Below, piece by piece: positions 1-10,060 of a DNA stretch of 64,000 bases. The notes beneath the pieces were generated by a model. That model searched no databases. It saw only the letters and a list, made by a program, of their open reading frames with translations, and was not told where the DNA came from. Each line of letters begins with the position of its first letter. Positions within the stretch are counted from its first letter, which is position 1. The stretch comes from Candidatus Saccharimonadota bacterium (GTDB lineage Bacteria; Patescibacteriota; Saccharimonadia; UBA4664). Position numbers and translations under genes: made by a program. The stretch is taken from positions 156,287-220,286 of the forward strand of contig JACAFG010000005.1 in NCBI GenBank assembly GCA_019352195.1, written 5' to 3'.

Positions 1-1271
1 CCGACAAAGTCATACTCGGCGCGAAGACCATTTTCAAGATAGCGCTTGTAGCTAAAGTGCACGAGCTCAGCGTAGCTCGTGAAAAAAGTGAACGCTGGCG
101 GGTTGGTACCGGTTTGGGTAGCGTATTGAATTTTAGGCTGACGATTTTTGAGACCGGCCGGGGGCTGGCGCTGAACCATTTTTTCAACTAAGCGATTGAG
201 TGGTCCGGTCGTAATAGTTTGGTGGCGACGTTCGGCAATTTCAGTTACGAGTTCTAGGAGCTGGGTAATGTGTAACCCAGTGGTAGCTGAGGTATACAGG
301 AGCGGGGCCCAGGAGGCAAACTGGAAGCTATTTTGGACTTTCGCCGTCATACGACTTTGGGTCTTGTCATCCTTGTCTTCGACCGCGTCCCATTTGTTCA
401 TGACGATAATAAGGCCTTTGCCGGCTTCCAAAATTTGACCAGCGAGATTCATATCGGTGGCGACAATACCGTCGGCGGCATCAAGCACGAGGGCGCAAAT
501 GTCGGCCTCGTTGATGGCGGCCAAGGTGCGCATGCTGCCGTACTTTTCGATACCGGGCTCAATTTTGCCGCGTCGGCGCAAGCCAGCGGTATCCACCAGC
601 TCAATGGTTTGGCCGTGATATTTGAGCTGTTGGCTCGTGGTATCGCGGGTGGTACCGGCAATGTTGGAGACAATGGCTGATTGTTTGCCGATGAGGGTAT
701 TGAGAATGCTTGATTTGCCGACATTGGGACGTCCAATGAGCGCCAATTTTATGGGCGCTTCGGCATTTTCGGGCGGCGTGGCAGGAATTAGTTTGGTGAT
801 TTCGTCGAGCAAATCGCCAGTGCCACGACCATGGATGGCCGAAACGGGGACAATGGTAGGGATTCCGAGACGGCGGAAGCTGTTTTCATCGATGTCGCGA
901 GCCGTGTCGGCTTTGCCCAGCGCCAAAATTACCGGCTTACCCGTTTTGAGTGCGAGGCGCGCGGCGGCCTCGTCTTCGGTGGTAATCATGTTGGCGGCGT
1001 CGACAACGACAATAATGACCGCGGCCGAAGTGGCCACCGAACGAATTTGATCCTGCGCTGCTAGCTCGATTTCGCCTTCGGCGCGGCTGAGACCAGCCGT
1101 GTCCACCATCGTAAAGTGACGGTCACGCCAGCTGACGCCCGCGTAGTTAGCGTCCCTAGTGGTGCCAGCAGTTTCGTGCGTGATAGCCTGACGCAAACCG
1201 ACCAGTCGGTTAAACAGGCTTGATTTGCCCACGTTGGGGCGGCCAACTATAGCGATGAGAGCGGTGCTCAT
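1..1271 (-). CDS. der: GTPase Der/EngA (tandem G-domains), C-terminus cut by window edge
   Basis: minus-strand translation from ATG (cat at 1269-1271): MSTALIAIVGRPNVGKSSLFN..DTAG..; second G-domain IGRPNVGKSSILN..DTAG; + strand ORFs here are antisense artefacts. Confidence 0.85.
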   Translation of the reverse strand, partial: MSTALIAIVGRPNVGKSSLFNRLVGLRQAITHETAGTTRDANYAGVSWRDRHFTMVDTAGLSRAEGEIELAAQDQIRSVATSAAVIIVVVDAANMITTEDEAAARLALKTGKPVILALGKADTARDIDENSFRRLGIPTIVPVSAIHGRGTGDLLDEITKLIPATPPENAEAPIKLALIGRPNVGKSSILNTLIGKQSAIVSNIAGTTRDTTSQQLKYHGQTIELVDTAGLRRRGKIEPGIEKYGSMRTLAAINEADICALVLDAADGIVATDMNLAGQILEAGKGLIIVMNKWDAVEDKDDKTQSRMTAKVQNSFQFASWAPLLYTSATTGLHITQLLELVTEIAERRHQTITTGPLNRLVEKMVQRQPPAGLKNRQPKIQYATQTGTNPPAFTFFTSYAELVHFSYKRYLENGLRAEYDFV

Positions 1272-1314
1272 AATAATGCTCCGGCGATGGCATTGATCTG
1301 CCAATTAAGCAGAT

Positions 1315-2220
1315 TTATAGCCATGTCCAGGTTTGTCCTATCCAGTTAACTAATGATTGCGTTTCGCCAAAGCGGTCGCTCGATCCCAGTACCACGGTAA
1401 TGACTTCGTGGCCGTTTATCTTGGTGAGACCAGCGAAGCATTCGCCGGCGGCTTCGGTGTATCCTGTTTTTATACCATAAAAACGGCCCGTCGCCAAGAG
1501 GTCGTTAGACGCCGTCATCGTAAGCGTTCGGCCCGCGGTATCGGTGACGGTCGTACCTTGTGTATTTATGAGTTGTCGGAAGAGCGGGTTAGTGAGGTCG
1601 AGGCTGGCAATTTTGGCGACGGCAGCTGCCGAAACATCGTTGCCCGTATCGTTGAGTCCGGAAGCACTCGTAAAGTGGGCATTCTTAATTCCCCACTGGG
1701 CGGCGCGTGCGTTCATGGCCGCATAGAATTTGGGCAAGGTGCCGCTTGTGGCTAGCGCCAGCGCGTCCGCGGCGTCATTATCCGATGGAATCAGGGCGGC
1801 CTTGAGGAGGGACATTACGCTTAATTGCTCTCCTGGCATAAGTCCCATGGTTTCATCAACGACATCATACTTCGGTAGGTCGCCGACCGTGACCATTTGG
1901 GTGGGCTTGAGGCTGCCGAGCGCTACCATAACCGTCATGAGCTTGGTGACCGACGCAATGGGACGCGGTTTGTCGGCGTTTTGGGCGTAGAGGACTTGCC
2001 CGCTCGCAACGTCGATGGCGTAGACGCTGGAGGCGCTGTCGAGGCTAAGCGGGGTCGGGCTGGCGGCTGGTATAGGTGCGCTGGGAGATACCGGTAGTGC
2101 GATCACCTGACCAGGCGGCGTCACGGCGGTGGCTAGTTTGGTTTGACTAGCGATACTCAAATGCGGCCACCAGCCGGTGAGCTGGAGCACTAAGGCGGTG
2201 ATTACGGCAATAGCCATCAT
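1315..2220 (-). CDS. D-alanyl-D-alanine carboxypeptidase (peptidase S11, PBP5-like)
   Basis: SxxK (ASVTKLMT), SxN (IPSDNDAA), KTG (IKTGYT) motifs; N-terminal signal/TM. Confidence 0.8.
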   Translation of the reverse strand: MMAIAVITALVLQLTGWWPHLSIASQTKLATAVTPPGQVIALPVSPSAPIPAASPTPLSLDSASSVYAIDVASGQVLYAQNADKPRPIASVTKLMTVMVALGSLKPTQMVTVGDLPKYDVVDETMGLMPGEQLSVMSLLKAALIPSDNDAADALALATSGTLPKFYAAMNARAAQWGIKNAHFTSASGLNDTGNDVSAAAVAKIASLDLTNPLFRQLINTQGTTVTDTAGRTLTMTASNDLLATGRFYGIKTGYTEAAGECFAGLTKINGHEVITVVLGSSDRFGETQSLVNWIGQTWTWL

Positions 2221-2873
2221 GGAGTAATGTCCCGCCACTCGCCGGGCGCTAAATCACCGAGCTCGTAGGCGCCGATGCTAAGGCGGTGCAGCTTGGTTAG
2301 TCCATAGCCGAGCGCCCCAAAGGTGCGCCGGAGTTGGCGATTACGCCCCTCTTCGAGTGAAACGGTAATCGTTCGGCCGTCGTGAGCCAGAATTTTTGGT
2401 CGGCTGGGCCCGTCCTCTAGCATAACGCCGGCGGCCAGTTGCGTGAGGTCGGTCTCGGAGAGTTTGTGATCGAGCTCGAGCTCGTAGACTTTTTGCTTGT
2501 CGGCCGAGGGGTGCGACATTTTTAGGATGAAGTCACCATCGTCACTGAGCAGCAGCAGCCCGCTGGAATCGCGATCAAGACGACCAGCGAGTCGCAGCTG
2601 ATGGTCGCTTGTAGGCAGGAGCTCGTAGACAATGGGGTCAGTCCCCTGCTTCTCGCGGCTGGAGACGTAACCAGGCGGTTTGTTGAGGGCCAGGTAGCGA
2701 AACGTCGTTGGTAACGTCAATTTCCTATCATCTAAGCAAACGACTTCATCAGTTATTGGTAGGCCTAAGGTGGCAATGTCACCATTAACCGTGACCCGGC
2801 CGTCTTGGATGGCCATATCGGCAGCGCGGCGGCTGAGGCCGCTGGCTGAGGCAACGTAACGATTGAGCCTCAT
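2217..2873 (-). CDS. rluB: 23S rRNA pseudouridine synthase RluB-like (S4 + PseudoU synthase)
   Basis: S4 domain MRLNRYVASASGLSRRAAD; catalytic GRLDRDSSGLLLL; ATGA overlaps with neighbours. Confidence 0.8.
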   Translation of the reverse strand: MRLNRYVASASGLSRRAADMAIQDGRVTVNGDIATLGLPITDEVVCLDDRKLTLPTTFRYLALNKPPGYVSSREKQGTDPIVYELLPTSDHQLRLAGRLDRDSSGLLLLSDDGDFILKMSHPSADKQKVYELELDHKLSETDLTQLAAGVMLEDGPSRPKILAHDGRTITVSLEEGRNRQLRRTFGALGYGLTKLHRLSIGAYELGDLAPGEWRDITP

Positions 2874-3382
2874 GAGGCGGGCTCGTCGACATCAAGCGGC
2901 GGTAGGTCGGCGAGACTGGCTAGCCCGACATGTTCGAGAAAACGGTGACTGACCGCGTACTGCATGGGTCGCCCGACGTCGTGGGCTCGCCCCGCTTCGG
3001 TGATGAGTCCGCGTTGGAGCAGGCCACGCAGCATGCTATCGGAGCCGACGCCGCGCAGTTCGTCAATTTGGGTGCGCGTGATGGGTCCGCGGTAAGCGAT
3101 CATAGCGAGGGTTTCTAGCGCGGCACGGCTGAGGTCGCTGCGGGACTCGGCGCTGAGATAGCGCTTGATGGCACTGGCGGCGACTGGGGCGGTGACGAGC
3201 TGCCACTGCTGGTTATGAGATTGCAGGAGTAGCCCGGTACCAATTAAGCTGCGACCGAGCTCGTCCACGGCGGCCAATACGTCTTCTTCGCCCGCCTCGG
3301 TGGCCGCAATGAGTGATGGGAGGCCCAATGGTTCGGCTGAGACAAAGAGAATGGCTTCGATGCTTGCGGCAAGTTCAGACAT
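2870..3382 (-). CDS. scpB: segregation and condensation protein B
   Basis: ScpB-like winged-helix pair; IEAILFVS..P motif; operon with scpA. Confidence 0.8.
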   Translation of the reverse strand: MSELAASIEAILFVSAEPLGLPSLIAATEAGEEDVLAAVDELGRSLIGTGLLLQSHNQQWQLVTAPVAASAIKRYLSAESRSDLSRAALETLAMIAYRGPITRTQIDELRGVGSDSMLRGLLQRGLITEAGRAHDVGRPMQYAVSHRFLEHVGLASLADLPPLDVDEPAS

Positions 3383-4064
3383 GGATAGGCTCCACCATAA
3401 TGGGTTGAAATTGGGCGGTTTGCGTTACGCGGCTGCGGCCGCTGCGGATGAGTTCGAGCAGCGCCGAAAACGTTACCACGACTTCGAGACGGTCGGTAAG
3501 GTCGGCCAGTAAATGACTGAGTTCAAAAGCCCCGAGACTGAGGCGGTGTTCGAGTTTTTTGAGCACCTCGGCCTGTGACAATTGCGCACTAATGACACGG
3601 CTTGGTTTGGCAGGTTCGAGGCGTGCCAGCGCCGTTTGAAAAGCGGCCGCCAGTTCAGTGATATCAATTTCTGGCAAAGGCAGTTCTTCACGGCTTAATT
3701 TGGCAGCGACGGGTCGGTGCCAAGATGGGGTGTTGGTCCGGGTTGCCAGCACTTTGGCGGCCGCCTGATAGCGTTTATATTCGGCGAGTTCGCGGGTTAA
3801 TTCACGCAGTTCGTCAGCTTGGTCATCGGTTTCGGCCAGTGGCAGCAAAGCCCGGCTTTTGATGTACACCAATCGTGAACCGAGCTGCAGAAAATCGCCT
3901 AAAGCTTCGGGCGTGAGCCCCTCGAGTTCGGCGATTTGCTGGAGATATTGGTTGGTAATTGCCGCCACAGCAATATCAGTCACTGGCATCTGATTACGCT
4001 CAACGAGCTCGAGCAACAGCGCAAGCGGACCTTCAAACTGATTAATTACGATGGATGGCGGCAT
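3375..4064 (-). CDS. scpA: segregation and condensation protein A (kleisin)
   Basis: FEGPLALLLELV N-terminal kleisin motif; start chosen at internal Met (ORF extends to 4085). Confidence 0.75.
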   Translation of the reverse strand: MPPSIVINQFEGPLALLLELVERNQMPVTDIAVAAITNQYLQQIAELEGLTPEALGDFLQLGSRLVYIKSRALLPLAETDDQADELRELTRELAEYKRYQAAAKVLATRTNTPSWHRPVAAKLSREELPLPEIDITELAAAFQTALARLEPAKPSRVISAQLSQAEVLKKLEHRLSLGAFELSHLLADLTDRLEVVVTFSALLELIRSGRSRVTQTAQFQPIMVEPIHV

Positions 4065-4126
4065 CACAAAACCCTTATCGTACAAATATTGCGGGGCGAC
4101 TTACCCATTTGACGCGAGCCAAAAAC

Positions 4127-4501
4127 CTAAGCGATGGCGCCGAGTTCTTGTTTGACGGCGTTGACGACGTCTTCGAGGGTAACTTGGCTTTTAATCAGGT
4201 ATTTGTTTACACCCAAACTTTCACCGCGCTGACGGTCGGTGTCTTGAGACAACGCGGTCATCATAATTACCTTGGTCTCTTTCGTTTCAGGAGTAGAACG
4301 CAAGATGTCGAGCACGTCGAAACCGGAGATTTTTGGCATCATAACATCGAGTACGATAAGGTCCGGACGCTCGCGGACCGCTGTGGCCAAAGCCTCTTCG
4401 CCGTCGCTTGCGGTAATTACTTGATAATTTTCGGCAGCAAACCGCGCGGAGTAAATTTCGCGTAGGTTTGTGTCATCTTCAACCAACATTACTTTAGCCA
4501 T
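4127..4501 (-). CDS. single-domain response regulator (CheY-like receiver)
   Basis: MLVEDD..D..LDVMMP..K receiver motifs, 124 aa, no output domain; downstream of HK. Confidence 0.8.
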   Translation of the reverse strand: MAKVMLVEDDTNLREIYSARFAAENYQVITASDGEEALATAVRERPDLIVLDVMMPKISGFDVLDILRSTPETKETKVIMMTALSQDTDRQRGESLGVNKYLIKSQVTLEDVVNAVKQELGAIA

Positions 4502-4544
4502 AATAGATATACTCTAACCTTTTTACTTATGCTTATGCAAGCGT

Positions 4545-6389
4545 TTAACTAAGCCGTCGATCGGTTTTGTGAGCTTCAGGCTGAAGTTCGGGGACAGGCA
4601 TGGCGATAGGGGTAACGGGGACTACAGGCGGCGGAACCGTGGGAACTTGGGCCACGGCTGCGGCCGCCGGCATGACGCGGGCCGCAGCTTCGCCGTCGGC
4701 GGAGGCGGCTTCGGCGGAGGCGGCAACTCGGACGAGCTCTTTGGCTTCCGCCTCGCTTAGGCGCGGTAACGAAATATGGAAGGTAGAGCCCTTACCTGGC
4801 TCCCCTTCGACCCATATCCGTCCGTTAAACAATTCCACCAGGGTGCGGCATAAGTATAATCCAAGTCCGGTACCACCAATGGTGCGGGTAGCCGAGTTGT
4901 CGATGCGATAAAACTTTTGAAACAAATGCGGAATATCCTCTTTGGCAATACCAACCCCGGTGTCGGCGACGCTAATCTCGACCGCTTTATTATCGCCGGC
5001 CAGGCTGACGGTAATACCGCCCTCGGCCGTAAACTTGATTGAGTTATCGATGAGGTTCATCACGACCTCTCGGAGCCGCTCGCTGCTCGCGCCGACATAG
5101 TAGATCGGCGAAATTTGTTTACCAGCGCTGGAGGCAAGTTGTAGTACCAAAGTGAGATTTTTCTTCGCGGCTACAAATTGCATGTCGCCGACCGCGCCTT
5201 CGAGGAGCTTACCGACATCGACTGGTTCAATTTTACCGATGAGCTTACCCTCTTCGGCTTTGGTCACACTTAGAAGGTCGCGGAAGAGTTCGCCGAGATG
5301 CTGAATAGTCTCATGGGCCTTGGTGAGATACTTCATGGCGCGGTCGTCGATGGTAGCGACATTGGCGTTCATGGCAAGCGATATATAGCCTTCGATGGCA
5401 GCCACTGGGGTACGCATTTCGTGTGAGGCTGTACTGACAAATTCCTCTTTTTGACGCTCCACGGCTTTTTCGCGACTGATATCACGAAACAGCGCAATGG
5501 CGCCCGTGACATGACCGCTGGAATCGGCGATCGGCGAAACCGACAAACTGAGTTGAATTTTGCGGCCCGCGTGAGTGGTCATAACGAGATCATCGCGGAC
5601 CACCAGTTGATTGGTCGTAATGGCAGCGGTAAACGGATCCGAACCGGCAATCAGTTCGTGCTCGTCAGCGGTGTGGAGCTGAAGCACCAGGTTGTAATCG
5701 ATGCCAACCGCGGTGTCTTGATCCCAGCCGGTCAGGAGGCCGGCCGCCTTGTTAAACAGGCCAATTTTGTTACTGACATCGACCACAATAACGCCTTCGC
5801 CGATGCTGCCCATGAGTACCTGCGCCTTGAGCTGCTCTTCACTGAGCTTACCCGACAACGACGCGAGCTTGGTGGTAGCAGCGGCGGCTCGCCGTGAACG
5901 CCGATGGACCCATTCGGCCAGAGCGCCGGCGGCTAGGGTAATAAATAGTTCAACGGAATGATCGCCCAGATTGCGTCCATTGCTAAGAATGAAAGCCCCG
6001 GCAAAGTAAGCGAGCGTAATCCCGAGCACAGCCAAGGTTTCGTTAGCGCCAAAGACGCCGGCGCCCACGATGGCTAGCAGCCATAAGGCGTAATAAGGTG
6101 AATCGAGACCGCCCGTTGAGATAATGACCAAAATAAAATTGATGGCAACGAGCACCGTGAGGATCATGGTCGAGCCGGCACGCCATTTTTTGCTTAAGAG
6201 TTGATGCAGCGAGATAAAGTAGCCCACCACTGCCAAGCCAAGCAAGGCAGTTGCAAGTGACAGGCCAGTGTCGCTTAAAAGCGACGGCCGTAGCCCGTAC
6301 ATTGCAAAAATGACAACGGCAACTGTGCCCGATGCCACCGCTAAAATACGGCCAAGGAGGATGAGATTTCGCTGTTGTTGATCCACCAT
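4545..6389 (-). CDS. membrane sensor histidine kinase (TM-PAS-HisKA-HATPase_c, Pro/Ala-rich tail)
   Basis: H-box SHEMRTP, N/G1/G2 boxes (DNSIKFT, DTGVGI, GGTGLGL); ~6 N-terminal TM helices. Confidence 0.85.
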   Translation of the reverse strand: MVDQQQRNLILLGRILAVASGTVAVVIFAMYGLRPSLLSDTGLSLATALLGLAVVGYFISLHQLLSKKWRAGSTMILTVLVAINFILVIISTGGLDSPYYALWLLAIVGAGVFGANETLAVLGITLAYFAGAFILSNGRNLGDHSVELFITLAAGALAEWVHRRSRRAAAATTKLASLSGKLSEEQLKAQVLMGSIGEGVIVVDVSNKIGLFNKAAGLLTGWDQDTAVGIDYNLVLQLHTADEHELIAGSDPFTAAITTNQLVVRDDLVMTTHAGRKIQLSLSVSPIADSSGHVTGAIALFRDISREKAVERQKEEFVSTASHEMRTPVAAIEGYISLAMNANVATIDDRAMKYLTKAHETIQHLGELFRDLLSVTKAEEGKLIGKIEPVDVGKLLEGAVGDMQFVAAKKNLTLVLQLASSAGKQISPIYYVGASSERLREVVMNLIDNSIKFTAEGGITVSLAGDNKAVEISVADTGVGIAKEDIPHLFQKFYRIDNSATRTIGGTGLGLYLCRTLVELFNGRIWVEGEPGKGSTFHISLPRLSEAEAKELVRVAASAEAASADGEAAARVMPAAAAVAQVPTVPPPVVPVTPIAMPVPELQPEAHKTDRRLS

Positions 6390-6491
6390 GATGCTTACGC
6401 TTAAGTATGCTCGGCTCAGCCATAATTGGCAAGCCTGAACCTAGACAGTGCTGCCTAAAGCTGTTAACGTATTATGGTCTTTGCGGACTGT

Positions 6492-6567
6492 GGTCCCGTC
6501 GTCTAGCGGTTAGGACATCCCCCTCTCACGGGGAAGATCAGGGGTTCGAATCCCCTCGGGACTACCA
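6492..6567 (+). tRNA. tRNA-Glu (anticodon CTC)
   Basis: cloverleaf GGTCCCG..TTCGAAT..CGGGACT-A-CCA; anticodon loop CTCTCAC between CCCC/GGGG stem. Confidence 0.8.
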
Positions 6568-6595
6568 GAAATTATTTTGGGCTCTGCGTAGCCAT

Positions 6596-7171
6596 TTAAA
6601 TAGACAATGTATTTCGAATATTGCGAAGCTCTCTCTCGATGCCGGCGTTATTTTGCTGGTTAACGTAGAATGACAGACCCGAAATAGGCAGGGCTCGAAA
6701 CCGAAGATTTACCTTGTGAACCAGGTTTTTGTCGGCGCTGTAGGCACTCAATGCAGCGTTGCGGATGGTGTCATCCCATAGGTTGCTAAAATCCTTAGAC
6801 TGGTCATAGTACCTAGCGTCTCCAAAGTCGATGACCCCGATTTGGTCGTGAGTATCAATGAGGATGTTATTTAGCAGCAAGTCTCCGTGACAAAATTTAG
6901 GTACGTACCCAAGTTTTGTTATTTCCTCGGGCAGCTCTTTATAGTAAAACCGTTTGAGCACTGCTCGCTCCGTTTTTGTGAATGCCGCCTCTATATACGC
7001 TAAGCCTCGTTGGTAATCATCTTGATATTTGGCAATTTCTTGCTGGAGCGTAGTATGCGGCATTTCTGTAGGCTTGAGCTCATGGAGTTGATCTAAAAAT
7101 CGTCCGAGAGAGGCTCCGATCTGCTCTTTTTGAGGTGTAGTAAGCTGCGTTATGCGGCTCTTAATACTCAA
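6596..7171 (-). CDS. aminoglycoside/choline-kinase-like phosphotransferase (APH family)
   Basis: catalytic HGDLLLNNILID and DFGDA motifs. Confidence 0.7.
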   Translation of the reverse strand: MSIKSRITQLTTPQKEQIGASLGRFLDQLHELKPTEMPHTTLQQEIAKYQDDYQRGLAYIEAAFTKTERAVLKRFYYKELPEEITKLGYVPKFCHGDLLLNNILIDTHDQIGVIDFGDARYYDQSKDFSNLWDDTIRNAALSAYSADKNLVHKVNLRFRALPISGLSFYVNQQNNAGIERELRNIRNTLSI

Positions 7172-7471
7172 GCCTGGGACGCCGATATATCCAAACCAGG
7201 CGGACTGCGGGCCTTCCCATTTGACGATAGGGGTTCGAAGCCAAAGGCGTACTGACTCAAGCAGGTTTAGGACAGCGATTTCTTTCTTGTATTTTTTGCA
7301 GCTACATCTGTGCGCGGGAACTTGAAGATGTATTCATTATCATTGATGGTGTATGCGCGACTATCCCCCCCTCGGTGATGAGCTGGATGCTGCTATTACT
7401 GTTAAGTTTGAGAACACGCTGGATGGTGGCCGATTCATTTATGATTGCATCTGACTCGGTTTGGTGGGAGA

Positions 7472-7813
7472 TCAAGAAAAGAACTCCCGCAGTCCATGGA
7501 GTACTTGCGCGCCCGTCAATGTGTCTACTTGGCCAATTCGACTCATCAAGCGCTGCTTGTCGATTACCCGTACTTGGTCTGTTGCTGCCTGACCGTCCTG
7601 GCCGCCAAATGTCAGGTTTGTCCTTGCCGTGTATTGATGCCTGGAGCTCGTCATCGGAACGACAACGACAGTGTTGAGATGACGATTTGCTTCGTCTGGT
7701 GACACGATGATGCAAGGCCTGGTTTTTTGGAATTCTGAGCCTAAGCTGGGATCGAGTGGAACGGTCCAAATATCGAAACGCTTGGCTACCATTGCCATTC
7801 GCTCTTGTCCCAC
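7472..7813 (-). CDS. mazF: MazF/PemK-family endoribonuclease toxin
   Basis: RGDIW-like (KRFDIWTVPLDP), RPCIIVSPD, VVVVPMTS motifs; overlaps antitoxin gene. Confidence 0.8.
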   Translation of the reverse strand: MGQERMAMVAKRFDIWTVPLDPSLGSEFQKTRPCIIVSPDEANRHLNTVVVVPMTSSRHQYTARTNLTFGGQDGQAATDQVRVIDKQRLMSRIGQVDTLTGAQVLHGLREFFS

Positions 7814-8067
7814 TCAGATGCTGGTTGCTCACCGATGAGGAGGCTATCCTCGCCGTTTTTGGCCATTTGTACGTAGGACTCTTCCCGGCCCACGCGGGTA
7901 TGTTGTAATGGGCGAATTACTAGCTCGTTATGAACCGTTATGAGTTCGACTTCTCCGCTCAAGCCCGTCTCATCAAGAGCTTTTTTTGGTAGTCTAATCC
8001 CCCGGGAATTACCTATTTGGATAATTTTGGCGGTTGTCTTCATGCACCGAGAATAGCTTGTAGACAA
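7786..8067 (-). CDS. mazE: MazE/AbrB-type antitoxin (SpoVT/AbrB swapped-hairpin)
   Basis: IGNSRGIRLPK motif; immediately upstream of mazF. Confidence 0.75.
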   Translation of the reverse strand: MSTSYSRCMKTTAKIIQIGNSRGIRLPKKALDETGLSGEVELITVHNELVIRPLQHTRVGREESYVQMAKNGEDSLLIGEQPASEWDKSEWQW

Positions 8068-8159
8068 TGTAATTACAAGTAGTTCCGTCTAACTATTACG
8101 CTCATCGCCGATGCCAAGTTCCTCGAGTCGATCACTCAATTTGGTCAATCTGGGCCATA

Positions 8160-8212
8160 ACGGGTTCCACAATTGGGACGTTGGGTCTACTAATGCACTT
8201 ATGCTTGTTACG
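8160..8212 (+). repeat. ~47-bp interspersed repeat copy A (GTTCCACAATTGGGACGTTGGGTCTACTAATGCACTTATGCTT)
   Basis: about 89% identical to copy at 9365-9416; shares ACTTATGCTT tail with island repeat family at 28-44 kb. Confidence 0.8.
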
Positions 8213-8693
8213 TCCGTGGTGTTTATTCTTCTATGAAGCGCTTGTTATTGAGCATATCAGTGGGTATATCGCCATTGGCCGGAATTTCGGCAATCAAATT
8301 CATCTATGTCGACCAGCCTGCATTCAAGGCTGAATTATAAGTGTGCTTCAAGGATCCACTTTGTGAGCCTTCGCCCAACCTCCTAGTCGGTTATCCATGG
8401 GCAATAGATAATTACGACGATAGCTCTAGTACGCTGCAAATACTGTCATGGGTAAGCCGATCTGGTGAAATGTATGGCCAGAGTCCAACACGCTTCTGGG
8501 TCGGTGCGCTGGGTAACTTTTTGCTTTACGGGACAATTTCCTTTGGCTGCCAAAACTACTACGCAAGAATAAATAAACTCCCCTTTTCTTTAGCGGTACA
8601 TTTTGTGCCAGTGCACCACTTCTGCTCTGATCTCCTTCCGACACGATGACAATAGGTTTACTTGTTCAAACATTCGTTTTGATGCGCTCGGTA

Positions 8694-8984
8694 TTACTTT
8701 CGGTATTCTTTGCTATGCCATACTCGAATGACCACAGGGATGCCTTCGGTTTCAAGCATATATCTAAGCACATAGGCTCCAGCGCCAAAGGCCACAAATA
8801 ACTCACGTCGGCCAGTGTCATCCGGCATGGGCCGTCCCAAGCGAGGCGAGGTAGCAAGCAGTCGTGAACCCTGTAGGATACAATCAGCTGCACGGGTGGC
8901 GGCTTCAATGTCTTTGTCTTTTAAGAAGGAGTAAAGCCGCTCGACATCAGCGATTGCTTCAGGAAGCCATTTTACTTTGGCCAC
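8694..8984 (-). CDS. parE: ParE/RelE-family type II toxin
   Basis: plasmid-stabilisation ParE fold signature (..VERLYSFL.. ..IRVWHSKE..); overlaps upstream RHH antitoxin. Confidence 0.7.
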   Translation of the reverse strand: MAKVKWLPEAIADVERLYSFLKDKDIEAATRAADCILQGSRLLATSPRLGRPMPDDTGRRELFVAFGAGAYVLRYMLETEGIPVVIRVWHSKEYRK

Positions 8985-9241
8985 GAAGTTTCCTTGTTCT
9001 GGGTGAGCTCAGTCAGCCAGTTTTCGACTGTTTCGCCATCGACGGCATTGCCGGTCGTGAGGTAGCGATTCCACCTGGCCATATCGTCAGATCTTTCGTT
9101 CTCGTAATGCTCTTCATGATCCAGATATTTTTCAATCGCTGTGCGCATCAACCAGTGTGATGATCGGCTTTTCTTTTCCGCCAACGCTTTAAGCCTTGAG
9201 AGTGTTTTGTCGTCTAGTTTTATGCCCTGGGTAGTGGCCAT
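8972..9241 (-). CDS. parD: ribbon-helix-helix (CopG/ParD-like) antitoxin
   Basis: RHH N-terminus (IKLDDKTLSRLKALAEKKSRS); start at internal ATG 9239-9241. Confidence 0.65.
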   Translation of the reverse strand: MATTQGIKLDDKTLSRLKALAEKKSRSSHWLMRTAIEKYLDHEEHYENERSDDMARWNRYLTTGNAVDGETVENWLTELTQNKETSWPK

Positions 9242-9364
9242 TGATCTTCTCCCTAATGATTGAATGGTAGCGCTTTTCGCAACCGAACGCAACCCGATCG
9301 AAAGCCTTCATGTGATGCCGAGTTTTACTAGACACTCGCTCATTTGAACTAAACCAGGCCGTAG

Positions 9365-9416
9365 CGTGTTCCACAATCGGGACGTTGGGACTACCAATGC
9401 ACTCGTGCTTATATTA
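9365..9416 (+). repeat. ~47-bp interspersed repeat copy B
   Basis: GTTCCACAATCGGGACGTTGGGACTACCAATGCACTCGTGCTT; direct repeat of copy A flanking the parDE cassette. Confidence 0.8.
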
Positions 9417-10053
9417 AGACTCTGCGGAGCTTTGTATCATAGTTAACATAAATTATTTTAGATTGTCGCTCATATTGCAGCGATTTGGCCAATCGGGTGA
9501 AAGTATGCTTGTTGTAAGATGCACGGTTTTAACGAATGTTGATGTTCGTCGGCATTGAACCGCGACAGGTGCCGGCGTTCGTAGAACTCTCCTGTCACCA
9601 AATGACTTTTTAATCATAAGCGTTTTGGCAGTGCCAAGTAACGTTTTTTCCTTGGCGAAGACAAAAACTAGGTTAATTCATCTATCTCAAAACTTAGATC
9701 GAGCAAACATTATGAGGCTCTTCATTGCCCATGCGGGTCCTGCGCCTTGGGCCTTGGCATGCGCAGACTAATTTTCCGTAAAATACCCACCGCCGGAATC
9801 ATTGAATTATGGCTATCAAAATACCCACTTATACCACTTTGTGCCATCGTTGAGCCCTAAACGATTCCCCCTATCATGAAAGGGCGAATTTGTTATGTCA
9901 TCTAAAGAACATGCTATTTTCGTTTAACATTTTTAGAATATCTACCAATTGTACGTGGGTGGGTAGTAAGGTAGTCTTCATCCTCGTGTGGCAGATATTT
10001 GTTGCACTCGGAGGGTGGTATTTATGCATTTATTGTGCCAACTCTCTGATAAG

Positions 10054-10060
10054 AAAGGAG
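10054..10060 (+). promoter_or_regulatory. Shine-Dalgarno AAAGGAG
   Basis: 4 nt upstream of ATG at 10065. Confidence 0.6.

Noticed and set aside
333-1064. Several + strand ORFs (333-680, 622-1050, 831-1064)
   Set aside because: They are antisense to the clearly conserved der gene on the minus strand and show no motifs.
7302-7832. 176-aa ORF overlapping mazF on the same strand
   Set aside because: Low-complexity Ser/Arg-rich translation in a different frame from the well-conserved MazF ORF (7472-7813); treated as spurious.
8341-8649. 102-aa + strand ORF inside the parDE cassette
   Set aside because: No motifs, Cys/Trp-rich odd composition, and it overlaps an equally unconvincing minus-strand ORF; left unannotated.
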